Source: a virus (lineage: Duplodnaviria; Caudoviricetes). From it: a stretch of 40,382 nt of DNA. Positions 1 to 6,706 of this stretch are shown piece after piece; the stretch's first letter is position 1; every line of letters starts with the position of its first letter. Both the position numbers and the translations under genes were made by a program. Under the pieces are notes generated by a model that did not search any database, was not told the DNA's origin, and worked only from the letters and a program-made list of their open reading frames with translations. Location: positions 1 through 40,382 of the IMG/VR virus record IMGVR_UViG_3300030708_000335. One strand, 5' to 3'.

Positions 1-99
1 TCTATGTCCTGTATGTGTATGTCAAACTTACCCGTACTAAACTGATGTGTCCTTACGCCCATTATCCAGCATCCATTCCTCCTACGCCGTGAGTGACAC
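1..99. repeat. Terminal direct repeat, left copy (circular assembly overlap)
   Basis: Bases 1-99 are identical to 40284-40382, and ORFs read continuously across the join. Confidence 0.97.
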
Positions 100-1558
100 T
101 GTATCCATCCCCCTCGTCAGGCCAGATCAGATCAAACACGTTTTGCCGCCCGTGCTGTACAGTTGGGTTGTTGATGCCTCCGCAGGTTAAGGCTCCCACA
201 ACCGCATCCCCTCTGTCCGGTGAGTTGATGCCACGGGATTTCATATCGTCCTTACTCTCCAGCATTAGCTTACCCTTACTGTTCGTCTTACCTAATCTGG
301 TGGTAAGCTGCTCAATAAGTAAATCGTCCTCCGGCAGTATAGCCTCTGCCTTCTCAATTATGCGGGCCGCTTCGTACCACATCTCAGCCCCTCGGTTCCC
401 GTAATGCCTATCGTCGTAAGCCTTAGAACCATTGTTTACCCTATTAACCGCCCACCCAGCTTCAGCCAGAGCGTCACACATAGGTATGCCCAGACCTCCA
501 GCGTCAGCGTATATACAGCTTGGGTCTAGGTCAGACTTCTTGAACTCCATAATAAACCTACCCACAGAGTCCATAGTGTTACGCTCCTTCCAGCATTTCA
601 GCGGTAGAATCTCATTACCCTCACGAATACATAGCACATTCTCGTCACCCCCAGCCGCGAAGTCACAAAAGGCTATACGCTGGCCTGCCCTTTTCTGCGG
701 GGGATTCTGATAGCAGAACTGTAGGGTGTTATACGGTATAACCAGATTCTCTGAGCCCAAGTCCATGAACTCCCCGTATATCATAGACCGAATTAACGGA
801 TGCTCTATACCCCACTTCTCTGTTTGCTCATCAATCCACGACTGCGGTATATGTGGACAGTCAAATGCAGTCACACTATGAGTTTTCCAGAAACTAGCCT
901 CTTTCGTGAACGCTTTGTAGAACGCACCTGACGGCCCGCCGGGACTTGACATCACTAACAGTCTGCTTGGTTGGCAACGAGCGATAGCTTCATATATCGA
1001 ATCAGGCACAGTCTTAGCCTCATCGACTATCATCAGCAGGTTATCTGTCGGCCCCTGCCTGTGCCAGCCCTCAAACTTACCCGCATCATTCGTACTAAAC
1101 CCAATCGCCCTGCTGCCATTGCTGAACTCTAGCTCGTTACTGGTCACTCTCCAGCCATCCCCTAGGTTCGCAATGTACTTACGCAGGTTAGGCCATAGCT
1201 GATCCTCCACCTGACGCCATACCCCAGCCGTCGTAATGGTCAAACTCTGCGGGAATCTTATCATGTGCCACAGAACCGCGCTTGCTGCGACGAGAGAGGT
1301 CTTTCCTGAGCCGTTTGCGGCCTTCATGGCTACACGGGCCTCCTTGAAATTAAGATCGCTTAGAACGCGTTTCTGCCACTCATACGCCTTTAGCCCTAGG
1401 AATAGCTCTGGAAAGTTCTCCAGTTGGGCTGCTCTCTCCACGATTGTACGCTTTGTGAGCTTCTTTTCGCCCTTTTTGGCTACCCTAGACTGTACAGCAT
1501 TGGTGATTTTACGGGAAACTTTGGTACTTCTCAGGGGTTTCTTTAACTTTAGGGCCAC
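62..1558 (-). CDS. terL: Terminase large subunit
   Basis: Walker A AANGSGKT, Walker B LMIVDEA, coupling motif MSSP, RNase H-like nuclease motifs FCDFAAGGDEN and SPDRGDA. Confidence 0.95.
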   Translation of the reverse strand: MALKLKKPLRSTKVSRKITNAVQSRVAKKGEKKLTKRTIVERAAQLENFPELFLGLKAYEWQKRVLSDLNFKEARVAMKAANGSGKTSLVAASAVLWHMIRFPQSLTITTAGVWRQVEDQLWPNLRKYIANLGDGWRVTSNELEFSNGSRAIGFSTNDAGKFEGWHRQGPTDNLLMIVDEAKTVPDSIYEAIARCQPSRLLVMSSPGGPSGAFYKAFTKEASFWKTHSVTAFDCPHIPQSWIDEQTEKWGIEHPLIRSMIYGEFMDLGSENLVIPYNTLQFCYQNPPQKRAGQRIAFCDFAAGGDENVLCIREGNEILPLKCWKERNTMDSVGRFIMEFKKSDLDPSCIYADAGGLGIPMCDALAEAGWAVNRVNNGSKAYDDRHYGNRGAEMWYEAARIIEKAEAILPEDDLLIEQLTTRLGKTNSKGKLMLESKDDMKSRGINSPDRGDAVVGALTCGGINNPTVQHGRQNVFDLIWPDEGDGYSVTHGVGGMDAG

Positions 1559-1598
1559 TTTTTTGGTGCTCCGATAATTTGAGGTGGGTAGATAGTAA

Positions 1599-2018
1599 CT
1601 ATACCGTGCCGGTGGGGGTGGTGTCCCCCCGTGGTGTCACGCGCTCAGGTGCGGATTGCAGTGCTTTCAACAGCTCCGGCGACACTGTTCCCTGCGTTTC
1701 CTGTTTAATCTCCTGTCTATCTGTCTTATTCCATTGACCGTGGCGGCGTTCGAGGATCGCAATGGCCAATTTCCCGTCACGTTGGGATGCCTGAGTGGCG
1801 AGGGCAACGAGGTGATGCTCATGGTCAGCCGTGGCCTTGTCTATCCGCAATTTCAGAGCAGGGTACATACGCACCCATTTCTCCACCTGTGGCACGGATA
1901 ACTCCACGAATTTGGCGGCGGATTGGACGGAGAGTCCCTCGCGGATCACATCGCAAAGCTGGTCGATCTTTTCCTCGGGAACGGGCGGGAGTTTGGTTGG
2001 TTCAGCTATTTTCGGCAT
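1599..2018 (-). CDS. terS: Terminase small subunit (probable)
   Basis: 139 aa directly upstream of terL, with an N-terminal HTH (GLSVQSAAKFVELSVPQVEKW) and an AIAILERR helix typical of TerS. Confidence 0.75.
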   Translation of the reverse strand: MPKIAEPTKLPPVPEEKIDQLCDVIREGLSVQSAAKFVELSVPQVEKWVRMYPALKLRIDKATADHEHHLVALATQASQRDGKLAIAILERRHGQWNKTDRQEIKQETQGTVSPELLKALQSAPERVTPRGDTTPTGTV

Positions 2019-2043
2019 CTGTTTTTTTATGAATGTGGTGTTC

Positions 2044-2079
2044 GTATATATATGTAGAGAGAGGGCGAGTCAAGTCAAC
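2044..2079 (-). promoter_or_regulatory. Possible sigma70-type promoter for terS-terL
   Basis: Minus strand has tandem TTGACT with TATATA 17 bp after the second copy. The -10 element is imperfect. Confidence 0.35.
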
Positions 2080-2082
2080 TCT

Positions 2083-2316
2083 CCGTGCGGGTGCAAGGCC
2101 CGAGTGATAGCTGGATCAACAGTCTGGCGGGTTCACTTCTCGCATTGCGGGTCACTTCAGACCATACCGAAGCGGGACGGCACGAGGTTTCCGTGAAAAA
2201 GTTGTATTGATAACGGAAGGCACCGAGTGTGTAGATGTACGGAAGGTACGTCTGTCATAGCAGTTCACTGGCGAAAATCATAACGTCTGCCGTGAGGCGA
2301 GTGAGATACTGCTGTG
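2083..2316 (+). ncRNA. Putative highly structured 5' leader or ncRNA of the early operon
   Basis: Hairpins at 2088-2102 (loop GCAAG), 2188-2219 and 2233-2253 (loop GGAAG), and a three-way junction at 2256-2316 with a GTGA tetraloop. G-U pairs favour the + strand. Confidence 0.5.
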
Positions 2317-2655
2317 GCCATCCATCAGTCATCGGAGCAACAAAGAAGGACAATGACAATGAAGGAAACCACATTAGAACAAACTGAAATGAAGAGCATT
2401 AACGAAGAAACCAAAGTAATCGCAGCATCCGAAGAGCATACTGAGCCAACGCCTGAAGAGGTGAGGGAGCAAGAGCAAAAGGACGCTGTGAGAGCAATGT
2501 GCGATAAGGATGTCGCATTCGCATTGAAGTGGCATCAAGAGAAAGGAATGGAGATTACTCCAGAGTTCAAGACATCAGTAGAAGCTGTTTACAAACAGAA
2601 GTACAAGTTAGCTTAATAAACCAATAATATTTCCGATGGCTGATGGATGGTCACA
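2313..2655 (+). repeat. 24-bp inverted repeat (2313-2336 / 2632-2655) bracketing the first early ORF
   Basis: TGTGGCCATCCATCAGTCATCGGA pairs with TCCGATGGCTGATGGATGGTCACA through 22 Watson-Crick and 2 G-U pairs. Confidence 0.9.
2353..2616 (+). CDS. Hypothetical early protein (87 aa, acidic N-half)
   Basis: ATG at 2353 follows AAGGA. Start moved from the track's GTG at 2314. Confidence 0.8.
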   Translation: MTMKETTLEQTEMKSINEETKVIAASEEHTEPTPEEVREQEQKDAVRAMCDKDVAFALKWHQEKGMEITPEFKTSVEAVYKQKYKLA

Positions 2656-2684
2656 TACCGTCACAACATAATACAACAAATACT

Positions 2685-3422
2685 ATGCAAAACACTGCAA
2701 AGAAACCAGAGGTAGCGGCAACGCTGAACAACAACGCAAAGCACAACGATAATGGTGAATGGACATCATCTGAATGGACTGTCTCGCTGTTCTCATTAAG
2801 TAATGATGAGCTAGAGGATCAATTAGATGCTAATAACATTCCGCCTATCGCTTGCGACATAATCCGGTCATGGGCTGGCAAGATGGATCTGAATGATTCA
2901 AAGGTTGTCCCTGATTGGATGCGTAATCCTGCGGCTGGAAGTCAGGAGGAATCACTCGAAGTAGTGACAACTCTTGATGGACTGTCGTTCAAGAAAGCGT
3001 TCAAAGCCATTGATCTTGAGCACCGCAAGGTGACTGAGAAGGATGGCAAAGTTGCGAAGCTTGTGGAGCTAGAAGGTCAGTTTGTTTACGATTACAAGCT
3101 GAAGAAAGAAGTTCCCAAGAAAGCTTGGACAAAAGACGGTGCGCCGTTGTTCGATAGAAAGAATGCATTCGATGACATCTACAACCTCGGCCTTCGAGCC
3201 GTGCGTCAGATGAAAGGCATTGAAGATCAGTTCGACGCGAACACCAAGCAAGCACGTTCAGAAGGTTACATCACTATTGTTCAGAAGAAGAACAAGAAGA
3301 AGATGGTGACCACAATGCTCAAGCCGAAGGAAATCAAGAAACACACCACGACAGTTAGCGGTAAGGAATACACATCCGATCAGTTAGCTGCTGCTGTGAA
3401 GCTTCTCGAAAGTCAGAAGTAA
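2685..3422 (+). CDS. Hypothetical early protein (about 245 aa, Lys-rich C-terminus)
   Basis: Long ORF followed by a terminator. Likely start is MQNTAKK at 2685, after an A-rich leader. Confidence 0.85.
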   Translation: MQNTAKKPEVAATLNNNAKHNDNGEWTSSEWTVSLFSLSNDELEDQLDANNIPPIACDIIRSWAGKMDLNDSKVVPDWMRNPAAGSQEESLEVVTTLDGLSFKKAFKAIDLEHRKVTEKDGKVAKLVELEGQFVYDYKLKKEVPKKAWTKDGAPLFDRKNAFDDIYNLGLRAVRQMKGIEDQFDANTKQARSEGYITIVQKKNKKKMVTTMLKPKEIKKHTTTVSGKEYTSDQLAAAVKLLESQK

Positions 3423-3429
3423 TCACCAA

Positions 3430-3473
3430 GCGGGCGGAGTCTGGAGCAATCTGGGCTTCGCCCGCCCTTTTTT
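3430..3473 (+). terminator. Rho-independent terminator
   Basis: GCGGGCGGAGTCTGGA-GCAA-TCTGGGCTTCGCCCGC followed by CC and TTTTTT. Confidence 0.85.
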
Positions 3474-3491
3474 AGTGAGGAGGAATCCAAA

Positions 3492-3650
3492 ATGATAAAC
3501 TACGATAGACTAGAACAAATCAAAAAAGAAATCCAAGAGAGTAACAACGCAAGAATCCAGAAGGAAACACAAGGCATGATAGCTGGCGCGTGCTTCACTG
3601 TAATGATTGCAATCTTCACAATCCTAATCCTAATTCAACTGGCAAAATGA
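3492..3650 (+). CDS. Small membrane protein (52 aa; not in the ORF track)
   Basis: GAGGAGG RBS. MINYDRLEQIKKEIQ...GMIAGACFTVMIAIFTILILIQLAK has a C-terminal TM helix and an ATGA overlap with the next gene. Confidence 0.75.
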   Translation: MINYDRLEQIKKEIQESNNARIQKETQGMIAGACFTVMIAIFTILILIQLAK

Positions 3651-3892
3651 GTCCTGAAATACTAGCGGGTGAGCTAAATGCCCTAAAGAAACAACTCCAG
3701 CAAACCAGCAGAACCAGTGTGACATTGTACAGACAGCACGAAAAGTCCCTGCTTGATAGCATAGATCAACTGTCTGCTCGCATAGAGAGAATAGAATCAC
3801 ACATTGGCATGAGGTATATGGAGCAGGAGATCATCAGCCAAGACGAGAGAGACAGAACTAATGGACAATACCATCTACATTTGGAGGAATAA
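3647..3892 (+). CDS. Hypothetical coiled-coil protein (81 aa)
   Basis: Start MSPEIL is coupled by an ATGA overlap. Heptad pattern present. Confidence 0.75.
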   Translation: MSPEILAGELNALKKQLQQTSRTSVTLYRQHEKSLLDSIDQLSARIERIESHIGMRYMEQEIISQDERDRTNGQYHLHLEE

Positions 3893-3895
3893 ATA

Positions 3896-4120
3896 ATGAT
3901 ACCAGAGAGAGACATGGCGTTAATAGATAAAGTATCCAAGCTTGAGCAAGATATGATCCACACAAACCTAGGCATGAAGATGATTGTCGAGCGTGTGGAG
4001 CAAGAGCTAATGGATATGAAGCAAGCCTTCGATCACATCAAGAGAGAGGAGAAGCTGATAAGAAAGCGGCTCACCTTACTGGAGGAAGAGAAAGATGCTG
4101 GTAAATATTCTAAAAACTAG
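3896..4120 (+). CDS. Hypothetical coiled-coil protein (74 aa)
   Basis: GGAGG RBS and heptad pattern. Confidence 0.75.
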   Translation: MIPERDMALIDKVSKLEQDMIHTNLGMKMIVERVEQELMDMKQAFDHIKREEKLIRKRLTLLEEEKDAGKYSKN

Positions 4121-4210
4121 TCTCCAGCTATCTCCAGACATCTCCACAATACTCACAAGAGAATAGAATATAATAGAATAGATTAGAATAGATTAGATTA
4201 TATCTATAGT
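4121..4210 (+). repeat. Origin-like element, copy 1
   Basis: Three TCTCCA boxes at exact 10-bp spacing, then AATACTCACA, then AT-rich TAGAA/TAGAT pentamer repeats. Confidence 0.7.
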
Positions 4211-4222
4211 ATAAGGAGCTTT

Positions 4223-4324
4223 GAGCATATAAGGGAATGATGCTACGGGAGAGCCGTAGATATGTGTTTAGGGGGTAGGTTTTCCCTCTGTCATTGGCAC
4301 ACTTGAAACAAACCTTATATGCTC
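4223..4324 (+). ncRNA. Conserved structured motif, copy A (three-way junction)
   Basis: Perfect 12-bp P1 (4223-4234 / 4313-4324), junction GAATGATG, hairpin CTACGG-GAGAG-CCGTAG, P3, junction CTTGAAACAAA. Homologous to 39806-39887. Confidence 0.7.
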
Positions 4325-4337
4325 TCTCAATCTCGCG

Positions 4338-4398
4338 CTCCTGTCCGTCCTGCGACTCCTTTCAAATAAAAAAATGCAGGTATCTAATCGGGCAGGAG
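4338..4398 (+). other. Long irregular hairpin in the leader
   Basis: CTCCTGTCCG/CGGGCAGGAG outer stem and CCTGCG/TGCAGG inner stem. Confidence 0.55.
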
Positions 4399-4434
4399 AC
4401 AATTTCAAACCAAACAAGTAACCAAAGGAAACAA

Positions 4435-4857
4435 ATGAGTAAGTCACACGTTGCAATGGAAAAACATATCTGTCTTGTGACAGGTAAGGAATACGAAACA
4501 GGTTCGCTGCTATTAGCTAAGAGATACTATAAAGGTGAGCCAACTGTAGACCTAGAGGGAGAGAACAGAAGGACAGGCTTAGGTAATAATGTAACAGGCA
4601 ATGGGTTCTGCCCTGAAGTTCAGGAGAAACTAGATGCAGGTTATGTTGCCTTAGTCTGCATAGATAGTGAGAAGTCAAATGATACTAACAGCAGTAAGAT
4701 GCACCCTAATGATGCGTATAGAACTGGCGAGGTCATATACATGAAGAGAGAAACGGCTTCTAAATTCTTCAATGTGGAAATGGAAAACATGGCGTTCATT
4801 GATGAGAAAGTAACCAAGATAATAAAGGATCAGGCTCATCCAGATGATGTTAAATAG
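4435..4857 (+). CDS. Conserved hypothetical protein (140 aa) resembling a family I recall from ICEs and phages
   Basis: AAGGA RBS before MSKSHV. Motifs SHVAMEKHICLVTG..ETGSLLL, GFCPE..GYVALV and AYRTG. Confidence 0.75.
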   Translation: MSKSHVAMEKHICLVTGKEYETGSLLLAKRYYKGEPTVDLEGENRRTGLGNNVTGNGFCPEVQEKLDAGYVALVCIDSEKSNDTNSSKMHPNDAYRTGEVIYMKRETASKFFNVEMENMAFIDEKVTKIIKDQAHPDDVK

Positions 4858-4880
4858 GTAGCTTTTAGGCTGCTGCAACA

Positions 4881-4921
4881 CCGTTCATGGCTGGCTGTAC
4901 TGCAGGGCTAGTCGTGGGCGG
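4881..4921 (+). other. 15-bp G-U-rich hairpin, possible RNase III processing site
   Basis: CCGTTCATGGCTGGC/GCTAGTCGTGGGCGG with 5 G-U pairs and no U-tract. Confidence 0.55.
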
Positions 4922-4962
4922 TATGCAGTTGCTTGATAGTATCAGGTGACTCAACTAGAACA

Positions 4963-6099
4963 ATGGAAGATACACAAGAAACCAAGATGGCTCATGACTT
5001 TGAAGTTGTGAGTGGAAATGTCATGTACCCCAGCGGCCCACAAGAAGGGCGTCCTGTTGAGGGTTACATGGCAATATACAGGAGAGACAATGGCTTATGT
5101 CTAGGCCAGCACTCAGATAACTATGGTATCGTACAATATCAGGACGTTAAAGAGTGTGTAGACAATGCGATTGAGTTCTACCTAGGAGAGAAAAACATGG
5201 ACGATGTCGGACTCAAGTTCCAATCGCAGACGTTTCCAGCTACCCGAACCAAGGTAGACGGGGGCAAGTGCATTATGAACTGGAGTCTGCCAATGTTCCA
5301 AGAGACGGAGGTAAAGACAGGCGACATACTAGCATGGGATGTTCGCATCAAGACTAGCCACGATGGTAGCTGGTCTGTTGAACCTGAAACTGGTGTTACT
5401 CGTGTGGCTTGTATGAATGGCTGGACAACACGGTCTATAATCAAACGGGCCACGCTCAGGCACACCAAGCACATCAACATAGAAACCATAGTCAAGGCAC
5501 TGAACAATTCGCTGGAAGATTTCCGTATGGGAGTCAGCGAGTACGGGTTTATGTTCAGAGACTTACGCACTCAAGTTACCTGCCAAGAAGGTCTTAACAT
5601 GATTGAGAACCTGTTCGGTCACGGCAGGAAGAGCACACGCAAGGCTGTCCAAAGCATCTGGGCGCAGCCGACACGGTGGAATAACATACCGGATAACAGG
5701 CATCCATTCGAGGGTAAGACTTGGCACAACCACTTCCACGATAACAACAGGATTGTTACTCTGGATGAGGGTACCAGCAGGGAGGAAGTATGGAAGTTCC
5801 CGCAGCGCACGGATCAGGAAGCCACCGCTGCTGTTGGTGATCTATTCAACTGCATTACGCAACACCTCACGCACGAGGATGGCTCACTGGTCAAGCGGTC
5901 AGTAGAAACCCAGCGTGTACTCAAGGAACTGATTGACTTCTGTGCCAGAGATGATGACAAGTTCAAGGACATCAAGCTCACTGGTCAGCGTGTTACTAAG
6001 CGCAAGTCAAACAGGACACCTAAGAGTGGTATCACTGGGTACGCCGTGAGAGAGCACCGACCTCTTGCTACTGCCACACAGGAGACAATCAACAACTAA
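4963..6099 (+). CDS. DUF932/DUF945-family protein
   Basis: Signatures LGQHSDNYGIVQY, SHDGS, TRVACMNG and RHT. Start uncertain (4933 TTG, 4963 or 4987 ATG). Confidence 0.85.
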   Translation: MEDTQETKMAHDFEVVSGNVMYPSGPQEGRPVEGYMAIYRRDNGLCLGQHSDNYGIVQYQDVKECVDNAIEFYLGEKNMDDVGLKFQSQTFPATRTKVDGGKCIMNWSLPMFQETEVKTGDILAWDVRIKTSHDGSWSVEPETGVTRVACMNGWTTRSIIKRATLRHTKHINIETIVKALNNSLEDFRMGVSEYGFMFRDLRTQVTCQEGLNMIENLFGHGRKSTRKAVQSIWAQPTRWNNIPDNRHPFEGKTWHNHFHDNNRIVTLDEGTSREEVWKFPQRTDQEATAAVGDLFNCITQHLTHEDGSLVKRSVETQRVLKELIDFCARDDDKFKDIKLTGQRVTKRKSNRTPKSGITGYAVREHRPLATATQETINN

Positions 6100-6106
6100 A
6101 AGAAAT

Positions 6107-6149
6107 GGAGGGGCAGGGGGCTGATGCCTAATTTCCCTGCCCCTCCTTT
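6107..6149 (+). terminator. GC-rich hairpin, probable terminator
   Basis: GGAGGGGCAGGGG/TCCCTGCCCCTCC followed by a short TTT. Confidence 0.6.
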
Positions 6150-6204
6150 GACGTTACGAGCGAGGAGTCGTGAGAGTTGTAATGACTGAGAGGAGGTTAA
6201 TCAA

Positions 6205-6492
6205 ATGAAAGATACTAGTCAAATATCACAGGTTATGCCCTACCGAGTTGAACCCATGCAAGTGAAGTTTATGGAACAAGATATACCTGACTACTTCAAG
6301 TATCGTGTGGTAACAGTTAATGGCAATCCCGCTGGGCCAAGGTTGTTAAAGAGTAACCCGCCGCCTTATGTTAAAAGCTGGGGGCCTTTCGATACATGGG
6401 AGGAAGCTGAGTCTCTGATGGACTTACTTACTTGCCACACTAAAAAAATAGAGAAAGCAAAATTCAGAAGAGGGAGGAAGCAATGCACTTAA
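6205..6492 (+). CDS. Hypothetical protein (95 aa)
   Basis: Strong AGGAGGT RBS. Confidence 0.8.
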   Translation: MKDTSQISQVMPYRVEPMQVKFMEQDIPDYFKYRVVTVNGNPAGPRLLKSNPPPYVKSWGPFDTWEEAESLMDLLTCHTKKIEKAKFRRGRKQCT

Positions 6493-6674
6493 TAAACATT
6501 ACCAATGTAAAGAAGGAAGCGATAGAAACATCCAAAAGATTCAAGGGTGGCAAGTTCACTATGGTATCCAAGGAGTTTCTTAACGAGGTTGAGGAGGACG
6601 TTCGGTTGCTGGTGTACAAGAAGGTCATGGCTCACCCAAGTAAGGGCAAGACATTGCGAGCACTTCGTGGTTGA
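6483..6674 (+). CDS. Putative histone-fold protein (63 aa)
   Basis: GGAGG RBS. LINITNVKK..VSKEFLNEVEEDVRLLVYKKV..HPSKGKTL parallels the prokaryotic histone pattern (alpha1, L1 VS, alpha2, L2 KTV). Confidence 0.6.
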   Translation: MHLINITNVKKEAIETSKRFKGGKFTMVSKEFLNEVEEDVRLLVYKKVMAHPSKGKTLRALRG

Positions 6675-6700
6675 CCTGTAAGTACAGGCGTACATATAAT
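6671..6700 (+). promoter_or_regulatory. sigma70 promoter with a palindromic operator
   Basis: TTGACC-N18-TATAAT, with the palindrome CCTGTA-AG-TACAGG (6675-6688) over the -35 edge and spacer. Confidence 0.8.
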
Positions 6701-6706
6701 GCGCCC

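Noticed and set aside
2083-2316. tRNA, tmRNA, SRP or RNase P gene
   Set aside because: No T-loop/CCA cloverleaf, no SRP domain IV internal loops and no RNase P GAGGAAAGUC motif.
4121-4210. CRISPR array or simple microsatellite
   Set aside because: Repeats are 5-10 bp with no spacers, and the conserved second copy argues against random slippage.
4294-4310. sigma54 promoter at TTGGCAC
   Set aside because: No GC at the -12 position.
4223-4324. Hammerhead ribozyme, fluoride riboswitch or box C/D assignment for the conserved motif
   Set aside because: TGATG and GAAAC are suggestive, but the CUGANGA core, the stem III arrangement and the fluoride CURAUGA element are absent.
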